Source: a virus (taxonomy: Duplodnaviria; Caudoviricetes). From it: 64,000 bases of DNA. Where the stretch lies: IMG/VR virus record IMGVR_UViG_3300021426_000001. The stretch is one strand, 5' to 3'. Of this stretch, positions 54,109 through 62,652 are shown in pieces. The notes below the pieces were generated by a model. The model did not search any database. It was given only the letters and a program-made list of their open reading frames with translations, and was not told the origin of the DNA. How positions within the stretch are numbered: the first letter of the stretch is position 1; each line of letters begins with the position of its first letter. A program made the position numbers and the translations under genes.

Positions 54109-54748
54109 ACTCTGCGTCCTCCAGCTTCATTTTCATCAGTTCAGTTCCGACTTCACCGTAGTCGGAAGTCGTGAATATGTCGAACACTACCAATTTAGAA
54201 AATCCGACAACGCCTCTGAATAGTCTCATCTTCTCTGTTAGGTCTGAGCTCGGAACAGCTCTCTTCAGCGCTTCGTCGACATCGATGGGCAGCTCGTCAT
54301 GCTCGTAGGATTCATTTAGAGCACGCTTACGGGCCGTTTCGTCAGTTCCCGGTGGGAATAGATATAGCGCTAGCTTACAGACTCTAGAAACGGCTCTTTT
54401 GAGCTCTTCTAGCTCTTCTGGCTTCAACTGTCTGTCAGGGAACTTCTCAAGGAACTTGAAAGTTTCGATTCTCTCTTTTCCATAGAGGATTCCGCCCTTG
54501 ACGAATCTGACTTGGTTCATCCAGAATCCAACTGTGAGCGGGAATCCTCCACGTCCGACTATCTCTTTGATAGCTTGTCGATCTGCGTCTGTGACTGCCT
54601 CTACGAAGTGGAGATGAGCGGAGTTGATCTCAATTATCTCCCTCTTGTAGTCCTCGCATATCTGGCAGGCGTCGTTCGTTATGATGTAGATGCCGTGCTT
54701 GAACCCGATGATGAAGTTCTCAGCAGTCATCTTCTGACTCTCTAGCAT
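54062..54748 (-). CDS. Thioredoxin-fold protein
   Basis: 'ACQICE' CxxC and 'GFPLT'. Confidence 0.5.
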   Translation of the reverse strand: MLESQKMTAENFIIGFKHGIYIITNDACQICEDYKREIIEINSAHLHFVEAVTDADRQAIKEIVGRGGFPLTVGFWMNQVRFVKGGILYGKERIETFKFLEKFPDRQLKPEELEELKRAVSRVCKLALYLFPPGTDETARKRALNESYEHDELPIDVDEALKRAVPSSDLTEKMRLFRGVVGFSKLVVFDIFTTSDYGEVGTELMKMKLEDAEYGKAPIEYRTLQEAT

Positions 54749-54751
54749 CTG

Positions 54752-55678
54752 TTACCCCAGTCCAGCGAGAGAGACCAAGCAGCAAGCGAGCTGAATGTCT
54801 GGGAGACGAGAAGTGGCTCCAGCGAGCTCGTATTGACCGATAGTGAGGATTGCGCTGCCCTTCTTAGAGCATGCTGGGACGTACTTGTCGAACAGGAAGC
54901 GGTACACGTCAACGTCACTCCAGCCTCTCTCGATGATGAGGCGTCTAGCGTCCTCGATCTTCACCTGCTTGATGAGATCGATTAGCTGTGCGTCGACTTG
55001 GCTGAACGAGAGCAGCTTGGAATCGATCTTTCCGTAGATCTTGTAGTACTTCTGGAGGGTAGAGTAGATCTCACGAATGCAGTTGCCCTTCTGATCGATG
55101 AACTTGTTCACGACCTCTTCGTCGAACTCTACCTTCTCTACCTTGCTGAGAAGACCCTTGACTCTGCGCTTGATCTGCTCTCGAAGGCTGTCTTGCATCT
55201 CCTTCTCAGAGAAGTTGAAGTCGATCTCCATCGTTCTGCCCTCGTGGAGAGGTCCGATGATCTTGGTCGGGTAGTTGCAAGTCATGAGGTAGCTGCAGTT
55301 GACGGCAGACTCCTCGATTAGCTTTCTCAAGCCTGCCTGGAATGCAGCGGATCCGCCATCGAACTCGTCCAGATAGACGATCTTCGGTCTTCCGTTTGGA
55401 GCTCTTGTTCTAGCGAACTTCTGAAGGTCTTCCTTGAGGAGCTCAACGCGTCCGTCTAGCGAAGTGTTGATCTCGAAGACGACAGCTTCTGTGTCTCGGA
55501 TGATAGCTTCTGCCATCGTAGACTTTCCAGTTCCAGCCTTTCCATACATCATGAGGTTCGGGATCTCTTTGTTAGCGACGATGTCGTTGAAGAACTTGCG
55601 GTAGCAGTCAGGAATGATCACGTCTTTCACGTGCTCAGGTCTGAACTTCATGATCCATTTGTTCGAGTGCTTGTTCAT
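54752..55678 (-). CDS. gp44: Clamp-loader large subunit
   Basis: 'WIMKFRP', 'GKAGTGKST', 'YLDEFD', 'LRKLIEE', 'MTCNY'; start ATG 55678 behind GAGG. Confidence 0.9.
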   Translation of the reverse strand: MNKHSNKWIMKFRPEHVKDVIIPDCYRKFFNDIVANKEIPNLMMYGKAGTGKSTMAEAIIRDTEAVVFEINTSLDGRVELLKEDLQKFARTRAPNGRPKIVYLDEFDGGSAAFQAGLRKLIEESAVNCSYLMTCNYPTKIIGPLHEGRTMEIDFNFSEKEMQDSLREQIKRRVKGLLSKVEKVEFDEEVVNKFIDQKGNCIREIYSTLQKYYKIYGKIDSKLLSFSQVDAQLIDLIKQVKIEDARRLIIERGWSDVDVYRFLFDKYVPACSKKGSAILTIGQYELAGATSRLPDIQLACCLVSLAGLG

Positions 55679-55749
55679 TTGTAAAATCCTCTTTACATAA
55701 CTCGGCTGCTCAATCATCGAGGACCGAGCAGCCAAAATTTAGTCAATTT

Positions 55750-56106
55750 TTAGCGTCTCTTTTTTGCCTGAGCGCGACGCTGTGCACGGTTCATGTTGTA
55801 TGAGTACTGCATGTCTCCGCCGTTCTCGTTGTGAACCGGAATGATGCAGTAGCACGGGATCGGCTCCAGAGTTCCAGCCTTGCGTCCGCGACAGCCAGTT
55901 CCGTGGCAGTGCGGGCAGTTCTTCTTCGGCTCTCTGAGAGTGATTCCACGCTCTTGCGCCATAGCACGGAAGATCTCCATCGGAGGAATCTTCGCTAGCG
56001 CTTCGAAGTCGATGTCGAGACTCTCGTCTTTCTTCTCTTCTGGCTCGACTACTGTAGTGGATCCGACGTTCTTCTCGTCGACTGTGTTGAGTTCTGGACC
56101 TCTCAT
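55750..56106 (-). CDS. Zinc-finger protein (CxxCxGxG)
   Basis: 'CPHCHGTG...PCYC', C-terminal 'NRAQRRA'. Confidence 0.6.
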   Translation of the reverse strand: MRGPELNTVDEKNVGSTTVVEPEEKKDESLDIDFEALAKIPPMEIFRAMAQERGITLREPKKNCPHCHGTGCRGRKAGTLEPIPCYCIIPVHNENGGDMQYSYNMNRAQRRAQAKKRR

Positions 56107-56109
56107 TGA

Positions 56110-56847
56110 TTAGCCCTCCGCAAGAAGCATGATCTCTAGCTCGATGCCGTCATCGCGAACCTGCTTGAGGTTCATGCAGCCGTCAGCGTCGATCTCCATC
56201 TTGTAGTTTCCACGCGGGAGAAGAGTGAGAACTTCTGCTGCGAACTTGAGGTTGACGTCCTTGGCAGCTGGTGTCTCCAGCGTGATCGGGAAGTCTGCAC
56301 GGTCAGCAGAGCGCATAGAGTAGATGCAGAAGTTGAGAACGTTGTCCTTGGCAGAGAGGTCGATGTAGTCTGCTCCGACAAGCGAGATTCTTCTCTGGAG
56401 CTCGTTGATCTGCTCTTCCGTGAAGTCCAGCACTGCGTCGCTAGCGTGCTCTGCGAGGACGTTGAATGCGCTCTTGAACGTGTCTAGCGTGCAGTCGCCT
56501 GCGCTGAGCGTGAGCTTGTCAGAGCGTCCCTCGTTGCGGAAGTAGATGTTGCTTGCTTCGTTCTGGTCGTCGATTCCGAGAGACAGAGAAGGTTCGATCG
56601 TCTTAGTGCTCATAGCCTCATAGAACTTCTTGAATCTGGTGAAGTCGATGATGCCGAGACGCTCGACAGGCATAGCGAACTGATCTTCTGGAGCTGTGAT
56701 GATGTAGCAGAAGGTAGAAGCCTGGTTGTTAGCTCTGATCACCACGTTTCCGTTTTCCTTCGTGATCTTTACGCGGTGGTTCACGGGAGACAGCGTGTCC
56801 ACTGTGTCAATGAAAGCCTTGTTATATGCGAGTTTTTCTTCTTTCAT
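56110..56847 (-). CDS. gp45: Sliding clamp
   Basis: 245 aa acidic beta-rich; 'LGIIDFTRF', 'LLPRGNYKMEI'; upstream of gp44/62. Confidence 0.7.
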   Translation of the reverse strand: MKEEKLAYNKAFIDTVDTLSPVNHRVKITKENGNVVIRANNQASTFCYIITAPEDQFAMPVERLGIIDFTRFKKFYEAMSTKTIEPSLSLGIDDQNEASNIYFRNEGRSDKLTLSAGDCTLDTFKSAFNVLAEHASDAVLDFTEEQINELQRRISLVGADYIDLSAKDNVLNFCIYSMRSADRADFPITLETPAAKDVNLKFAAEVLTLLPRGNYKMEIDADGCMNLKQVRDDGIELEIMLLAEG

Positions 56848-56886
56848 AAGAATTCCTTTCGTGAATTATGCGTAAAATTTAATAAC

Positions 56887-56916
56887 AAAAAGAGCCGAGA
56901 ATTTTCATCTCGGCTC
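56887..56916 (-). terminator. Intrinsic terminator
   Basis: GAGCCGAGA/TCTCGGCTC with T-run on minus strand. Confidence 0.75.
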
Positions 56917-56937
56917 AGAAAGTTTGATCAGATGATG

Positions 56938-57228
56938 TTATTTATTTGGACCCTTGATGAGGATGTAGACGTTCGGATAGTTGATCTCTGGCGCATACTG
57001 CTTGTGAGCTCCAGCGCCCTTGACCACTTCAGCCCTGCGGAAGCACTTCTTGAGGCTAGAGATGAGCTTCTCTACTTCATCGTCCTTCGTCTCAGGCTCC
57101 ATGACAGCGCAGACAGCTCTCTTTCCGTCTTTTGTGCCAGCTGAGATGAAGTTTAGATTGAGATCGAGCGTATGGATCACGCCGATCGTTCTCTGAATGA
57201 CTTTCTTTTCGTAGTAAGAGATAGCCAT
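56938..57228 (-). CDS. Hypothetical protein
   Basis: 96 aa. Confidence 0.65.
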   Translation of the reverse strand: MAISYYEKKVIQRTIGVIHTLDLNLNFISAGTKDGKRAVCAVMEPETKDDEVEKLISSLKKCFRRAEVVKGAGAHKQYAPEINYPNVYILIKGPNK

Positions 57229-57230
57229 AG

Positions 57231-57533
57231 TTAGTCCTTGATCTGATTTTCTTCAGCTTGTTGAATGTGAATTACCTTCTGAGCCATCTCGGAGAGAAGA
57301 GAGTCTGCCGTGTACTCGCCACGCTTGGCTTTCTCACGGATGTTCTTAGCAGCTTCTTCAAGGAAAGTCGGATAGCTGTAAGCGCCAGACTTAGCAGTAG
57401 CTTCCAGCTCGTCGGCGAGAATGTTTGCGATCTTGACGAGAGACTCTTCTGGATTCTTCATGTAGCTGAGAGCCACAGCAGCGTAGTCTAGCTGCTTATT
57501 GTCCATCGGATTGTACTTGAGTCGTCTAGCCAT
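57231..57533 (-). CDS. Hypothetical protein
   Basis: 100 aa, GGAGG RBS. Confidence 0.7.
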   Translation of the reverse strand: MARRLKYNPMDNKQLDYAAVALSYMKNPEESLVKIANILADELEATAKSGAYSYPTFLEEAAKNIREKAKRGEYTADSLLSEMAQKVIHIQQAEENQIKD

Positions 57534-57545
57534 TGTTTCCTCCGA

Positions 57546-58637
57546 TTAGCCGAGAACCTTGTCGATCATTGGAATGATTTGTCCATGTTTTGAGATCACA
57601 GCCATCTTGCCGATTTCGACGCCGAGGTTCATCATCTTGTTGAGGTTGGAGAGCGAAGCGCGAGAGACGGTAGTTCCCTCGAGCTTGACCGGTTCGATGA
57701 CTGCGACCGGATTGAGGGTAGAGCCAGCCATTTCCCAGACGATGTCGATGATCTTGGAGACGGCAGTTTCGAGTTCCGGCTTGAGAGCGACGTCGCGCTT
57801 CGGAGTCTTGAGCTGACGGTCCTTGCGGTCGATGTCGTTTGCCTTGATGACGATTCCGTCGCAGTTGAACTTGATGTTGCCAGCAGCGATTTCCTTGCGG
57901 AGGTTTTCGCGGAGATTGTCGGCGACAGAGACCATGTCCTTAGCGTCCACGAGGACCTGATTCGTAACTTCGAATCCCTCTTCCCTGAGCCAAGCGATGA
58001 GTTCTTCCTGAGTGGTGAAGTCGCCGTCTGCGTCGTAAGCGACAGCGTGGATGTAGGAGAGATCTTCCTTGTCGGAGGCAGTGAGAGTTTCGAACTTGCG
58101 GTTGATGATGCCAGCGACAGCGTTGCGCGGATTAGCGTTCTTGTCGGCGAAGCGAGCTTCAAAGTCGGAGTTGTAGATGACCATTTCGGAACGGACGGAA
58201 CCAGTGTAGTCGGACTTGAGCTTCTTCGGGAAAGACATGAGGGAGAGAGTCTGAGTGCGATCGAGACCAGTGAAGCCATCGCCGCGAGTGATAGCCTGGA
58301 CGAACTTGCCGTGTTCATATTTCAGTTCCATAGAGGAGCCGTCGATCTTGAGTTCGAGAGAGTAGCGCTTCGTTGTCTGGCGCTTTGCCCAGTCCCTGAG
58401 TTCGTCGGTATTTGCGCACTTGGAGAGAGTTCCAGTTGTCATCGTGTGCTTGATCTTCTTTTCGTTGCCGTTGGAGTCGGAAGCAGCGAGACCGTTAGCG
58501 CAGAGCGGGTTGGACGGATCAATTTCCTTGAGCTTGTTGATGAGAGCGTCATATTCCGCGTCGCTCATGATTTCGTTTCCGTTATAGTAAGCTTCTGCGG
58601 CTTTGAGGAGGAGTTCTTCGATCTGGTTCTTGTTCAT
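57546..58637 (-). CDS. ligA: NAD+-dependent DNA ligase, C-terminally short (domains Ia, adenylation and OB only)
   Basis: 'EAYYNG..IMSDAEYD', 'ELKIDG', 'TRGDG', 'NPRNAVAG', 'DGIVIK', 'PVAVIEPV..GTTVSRASL', ends at 'IIPMI'. Confidence 0.88.
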   Translation of the reverse strand: MNKNQIEELLLKAAEAYYNGNEIMSDAEYDALINKLKEIDPSNPLCANGLAASDSNGNEKKIKHTMTTGTLSKCANTDELRDWAKRQTTKRYSLELKIDGSSMELKYEHGKFVQAITRGDGFTGLDRTQTLSLMSFPKKLKSDYTGSVRSEMVIYNSDFEARFADKNANPRNAVAGIINRKFETLTASDKEDLSYIHAVAYDADGDFTTQEELIAWLREEGFEVTNQVLVDAKDMVSVADNLRENLRKEIAAGNIKFNCDGIVIKANDIDRKDRQLKTPKRDVALKPELETAVSKIIDIVWEMAGSTLNPVAVIEPVKLEGTTVSRASLSNLNKMMNLGVEIGKMAVISKHGQIIPMIDKVLG

Positions 58638-58667
58638 CTTTGAGGTCCTTGTTTAAGTTACGTATAC

Positions 58668-58696
58668 AATATAGGATTTTCCGAGGATCTTGTAAA
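58668..58696 (-). promoter_or_regulatory. Early sigma70-like promoter
   Basis: GGGTTTACA-N17-TATATT on minus strand. Confidence 0.85.
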
Positions 58697-58724
58697 CCCT
58701 TAAATTCAGAAAAATCCAAAATTT

Positions 58725-59330
58725 TTAGTAAGCTGGATAGCGGTGCTCCATCTTGAATGTCGCGTTTGACAGTACGTTTATGGCGTCCTGAACTACGTCT
58801 ATGTTCCTAACGTAGTCTGCTATAGTCTCGCCGTGCTTGAGAGTGTTCTGCTTGTTGAGACGATAGAGACGCATCTCGTAGCGTCTGATGCTCTTCATCT
58901 CTTCATCCTGTCGGCTGCTCACGATGAGGTTTGAGAACTTCTTAGCGCTGTCTATGAGCTTCTGGTAGACACTTCTCGGATCTCTCTTCTGAAGAAGGAA
59001 TCTGAAGCAGCGCTCTGCGATAGCCTCGTTTCTGAAGTCTCTTATGTCTAGCGCAGAGTTGAGAATCTCGTTAGCTAGATTGTCGCCGAGCTCAGGACGG
59101 CAGAACTCTAGCGCGAAAGCGAGTATGAAGATCTTGTCAGACGCTTCCTTCGTCGGATTCACACTGAACTTTCCGTATGCTTGTATGCTCTTCATTATCT
59201 CTTCGAGAGTGTTGTAGCACGGATTCAGCAAGAGTCGGCAGATGGAGTTCATAGCGTTCGAATCATCTTCATCAAACGACTTCATCTTCACCAGCTTAGA
59301 CAGCGCCATCTGTTCTTCTTCGTCAGTCAT
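58725..59330 (-). CDS. Helical hypothetical protein, paralog family member
   Basis: 'LLLNP', 'PELGD', 'RRYEMRL'. Confidence 0.7.
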   Translation of the reverse strand: MTDEEEQMALSKLVKMKSFDEDDSNAMNSICRLLLNPCYNTLEEIMKSIQAYGKFSVNPTKEASDKIFILAFALEFCRPELGDNLANEILNSALDIRDFRNEAIAERCFRFLLQKRDPRSVYQKLIDSAKKFSNLIVSSRQDEEMKSIRRYEMRLYRLNKQNTLKHGETIADYVRNIDVVQDAINVLSNATFKMEHRYPAY

Positions 59331-59331
59331 C

Positions 59332-60132
59332 TTATAACCCCAGTATCTTTCTCCACAGCGGGCGGTCTTTCTCTTCGACGCCCTCCATGATGTCTATTTG
59401 ATCGACTTTCTTCACGAGCCTCTCAGTCTGCTTCTCGAAGCTGTCATCTTCTAGCTTGAGCAGCTCTTCGGGAGTCATAGCGTGAAGTCCAGTTCCGATT
59501 CCCATCTCTTCGTCAGTGAAGTGCTTGCGCTCTTCCTCGGCTTCCTCTTCTGGCTCGACTTTCTTGATCTTCTTAGACTCAGCTTCGCAAGCTAGAACGT
59601 CTATGTCACCAGGCTTCAGCGGGCAGTAGTCGTTGCATATTCTCATGCCTCGTGAGATCTTCATGCGAGTGATTCTGACTAGGCGGTCGTAATTGTTCTC
59701 AGTAGAGACTGGAACGTGAGTCTTGATGTACCAGGTGAACAGGTACTCGCAGACCTTCTTCACCTCTCGGTTAGCCCTGATGCAGCTGATCATTCTCTGA
59801 ATGTACGGCTCGTTCTGTTCTGGAGTGAAGTCTGGATTGTGCTCCTTGTTGCTGTCTCCAGCCTGGTCAACGAAGAACTTCTTGACTGCTAGGTGAAGTC
59901 CGTCATTGTCTGCTAGCAGCAAGCAGCACGACAAGATCACGTACATGCGCTCGAAGTACTCGTTTCCGTATCTCAAGTAGTTCTCAGCGTCGTCTGACTG
60001 ATTCTCTACCTCGTAGTTCTGAGTGTCGTGCAGAATCAGCTCAGCGATGTCAAGTCCAGTCTGAGTTATTCCACTCGGCTTGTTTCTCTCTAGTTTCTCA
60101 GTGTCCTCTGGTTTAAACGTCGTGGGTTGCAT
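59332..60132 (-). CDS. Helical hypothetical protein, possible paralog family member
   Basis: 266 aa; 'ELILHD', 'RITRMKI'. Confidence 0.7.
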   Translation of the reverse strand: MQPTTFKPEDTEKLERNKPSGITQTGLDIAELILHDTQNYEVENQSDDAENYLRYGNEYFERMYVILSCCLLLADNDGLHLAVKKFFVDQAGDSNKEHNPDFTPEQNEPYIQRMISCIRANREVKKVCEYLFTWYIKTHVPVSTENNYDRLVRITRMKISRGMRICNDYCPLKPGDIDVLACEAESKKIKKVEPEEEAEEERKHFTDEEMGIGTGLHAMTPEELLKLEDDSFEKQTERLVKKVDQIDIMEGVEEKDRPLWRKILGL

Positions 60133-60625
60133 AGAATTTTCTCTTAGCTCCGATCATCTTGAACTGTCTCACTCTCTTGACTATGTCTAAGTCTCTATTC
60201 TTCGCCTCTTCTTCGAGAACTTCTAGCATGCGGTTGTACTTCATCCTGAACTTCGATCCAGCCCATAGAGTGTCTATGAAGTCTTTAGCGCCCTGCGGAT
60301 TGATGGTGTACTTCTTCATCCCGTCTCTGTTGTCCAAGTCTAGAATCACTCTGATGCAGCGCTGAACGAAGGGAATCTCACAGCAGTCACGAAGACCCAT
60401 GAGCAGAGTGACCATAGCGTCCTGAAGCTGATCGTTGAGCTCTGCTACGTCTTCGTCGTCAGTCTCCTCTTTGCGCAACTTGTTGTAGCTCTGTAGATTC
60501 TGCTCAGACGGATCTAAGAACATCTTCATGAGCTTCTTGAAGCACGGATCTGGATAGAACTCGCCGTCGCGGTCTTCCTTCCATCTACTGAACAGATCTC
60601 CGCCGCTTATCACGTCTATTATCAT
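60113..60625 (-). CDS. Helical hypothetical protein, possible paralog family member
   Basis: 'KMFLDPS'; early promoter upstream. Confidence 0.7.
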   Translation of the reverse strand: MIIDVISGGDLFSRWKEDRDGEFYPDPCFKKLMKMFLDPSEQNLQSYNKLRKEETDDEDVAELNDQLQDAMVTLLMGLRDCCEIPFVQRCIRVILDLDNRDGMKKYTINPQGAKDFIDTLWAGSKFRMKYNRMLEVLEEEAKNRDLDIVKRVRQFKMIGAKRKFYATHDV

Positions 60626-60659
60626 CTAAAGCTCTCTTGTTGAGGTTTTTGACAAGTAC

Positions 60660-60688
60660 AATATAAGAAAATCCTGAGGCGTTGTAAA
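60660..60688 (-). promoter_or_regulatory. Early promoter flanked by a 9-bp inverted repeat
   Basis: TTTACA-N17-TATATT; ATCCTGAGG (60671-60679) / CCTCAGGAT (60689-60697). Confidence 0.8.
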
Positions 60689-60721
60689 CCTCAGGATCAA
60701 GTTTTTGCTCAGAATATGCGA

Positions 60722-60925
60722 CTACTTGTCGACCAGCACGTGAAGTCCGCAGTGACATGATCCCGGCTGCTTAGCCTTGATCTGGTCTCTGAACTCCTTG
60801 CACATGCACTTGGTGTCTTTCGTCTTGAAGATAGAACACGGGCAGTACCCGTCGTTGTTCTTCAGCTTCTGTTCAAATTCTTTTACTTGGTCTTCTGACC
60901 ATTCAGGGTTCTTTATTACTTTCAT
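60722..60925 (-). CDS. Ferredoxin:thioredoxin reductase catalytic-chain-like protein
   Basis: 'GYCPC', 'CMCKEF', 'CHCGL' cysteine triad. Confidence 0.8.
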   Translation of the reverse strand: MKVIKNPEWSEDQVKEFEQKLKNNDGYCPCSIFKTKDTKCMCKEFRDQIKAKQPGSCHCGLHVLVDK

Positions 60926-61506
60926 GCGTTATTTATCCCACTAAGCTGATTGAAGTGATGCTTGTAGCTTGCAATTCTCATCTGCCATGCCCTCATCAGC
61001 TTCTGTTTGTCTATGTTCGATGGCGAGACGGTCGGAGCTACGGACTCTAGCATCTTGCTCACGACTGAAGCCACGTCATACTCGTTTCTGATCACTTCGA
61101 AGAACATCTTAGGAGCGTCTGCGAAGTTGTCAAGGTCGTCCAGCGCTGCGATCTTGTGCATGATCTCCCAGACTTTGTCTTCTCCGATCTCGGTCTTGAG
61201 AAAGACTGCGGTGAGAGTGATCAGCATCTTCTGGAGGTTAGCCGTCTCTATGCTGCTGTCGTAAGCTGGAATGCTGTCGCACATAGACTCGAACTGCTCC
61301 CAAGTCGGAATCTTCAGAAGCTGGTTCACGTACATGTACGAGTCGTCTATGTACTTAGAGGTGGAGTAGTTCATGTCAAGCCAGCCCATGCGGTTCTTCA
61401 TCTGCTGTCTGATGAATAGATACGGAGGACACGGAACGCTTCCGTCTTCTTCATATCTCTGAGTCGGATTGAAAGCTCCGAGATTTAGTCTTGACCATAA
61501 GTCCAT
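60922..61506 (-). CDS. Helical hypothetical protein, paralog family member
   Basis: 'QLLKIPT', 'TEIGED', 'RAWQMRI'. Confidence 0.7.
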   Translation of the reverse strand: MDLWSRLNLGAFNPTQRYEEDGSVPCPPYLFIRQQMKNRMGWLDMNYSTSKYIDDSYMYVNQLLKIPTWEQFESMCDSIPAYDSSIETANLQKMLITLTAVFLKTEIGEDKVWEIMHKIAALDDLDNFADAPKMFFEVIRNEYDVASVVSKMLESVAPTVSPSNIDKQKLMRAWQMRIASYKHHFNQLSGINNA

Positions 61507-61507
61507 T

Positions 61508-62089
61508 TTATGCTCCCGCGAATACGAAGTAGTTAGAGACCTCTATCGGATGATCGCGAACTTCGAAGATCAGCTTGGACAGCTTCATCTGGAATCCGCG
61601 AATCTTCTTCTCGTCTTCGACCGTCATGCTTCTGCCAGACGGAGTCCATGTCACTGCCGAGGATCTGAGGTCTTCGAGAGTAGCTTTAGAGGTCTTGAGA
61701 TGAAGAACTTCGTAGAGGATGTGATCGGCTTCCTCTGAAGATATTGCCCTCTTGTAGCCCATGATCTTCTGAAGAGAGCTGAGTCGATTAGTGCAGCAGT
61801 TTGGAACGAGAGCTAGCGAGTAGAGAGCAGCAGTCTTGTACTTGCGGAACTTGTACGTCGACTCTTTCTCTCTGGATAGCTTCTTCTCGTAGTCGAAGAG
61901 CTTTCCAGTCATGTAGGTCTCGTAGATGTACTGCTTGTAGTCCCAGAGCTCTATCTCCAGGTAGATCTTCTCGCTGGTCTTAGGGATAGAGTTGGCGATG
62001 TTCGGATCCTTCCAGTCTCTGTAGCTATTGCGCTGATCAGGGCAGTCTAGACCGTCGAGCATCTTGTTTATGCCATCGAGAACTCTCAT
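61508..62089 (-). CDS. Helical hypothetical protein, possible paralog family member
   Basis: 'RGFQMKL'. Confidence 0.7.
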   Translation of the reverse strand: MRVLDGINKMLDGLDCPDQRNSYRDWKDPNIANSIPKTSEKIYLEIELWDYKQYIYETYMTGKLFDYEKKLSREKESTYKFRKYKTAALYSLALVPNCCTNRLSSLQKIMGYKRAISSEEADHILYEVLHLKTSKATLEDLRSSAVTWTPSGRSMTVEDEKKIRGFQMKLSKLIFEVRDHPIEVSNYFVFAGA

Positions 62090-62560
62090 TTAGCGGTCCC
62101 AGATGATCTTGAACGGAAGATCGACTTTCGGCTTGTGTTCGATGAAGGCCATGCGGACTTCGAACTTGCGGTAGATCTTGATCTCTTCAGTAGATTCAGC
62201 CTTCTTCTTGAGGGCGTCGAGGACTTCACGCATGATCTTCTTGCCCTTGTCGTCGGACTTGAAGAATGTAGCGAGATCCTTGGCGAACTCAGCGTCCACG
62301 TCGCCAGAGGTGAGATCAGTGCCGTCAGTCATGTAGTTGAGAGCGCGAAGATATTCGTCGGACCCGATTTCGTTTTCGATGAGACTGAGAGCTGCGAGTA
62401 GAGCAGTGCGGCGGCGCTTCTTCTTAGAGCTCGTAGCAGCTCGATAGCCGTTCAAGCACTGTGTTAGCTTCTTAGATGTCGGAGAGAGAAGGAGAGAAGC
62501 GGCGCGTTCAGCGTCATGGTCGTCGATGTAGTTGTAGAGTTCGATGTCACGTTTTGCCAT
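62090..62560 (-). CDS. Helical hypothetical protein, paralog family member
   Basis: 'SLLLSPT', 'NEIGSD', 'RKFEVRM'. Confidence 0.7.
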   Translation of the reverse strand: MAKRDIELYNYIDDHDAERAASLLLSPTSKKLTQCLNGYRAATSSKKKRRRTALLAALSLIENEIGSDEYLRALNYMTDGTDLTSGDVDAEFAKDLATFFKSDDKGKKIMREVLDALKKKAESTEEIKIYRKFEVRMAFIEHKPKVDLPFKIIWDR

Positions 62561-62604
62561 GTTAGATCCCTTTGTTGGCGGTTTGACTGAAGTTTTACAT
62601 GACT

Positions 62605-62633
62605 AATATAGGATCTTTCATGAGATTTGTAAA
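62605..62633 (-). promoter_or_regulatory. Early sigma70-like promoter
   Basis: GGGTTTACA-N17-TATATT on minus strand. Confidence 0.85.
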
Positions 62634-62652
62634 CCCCAAAATTAGAAAAATC

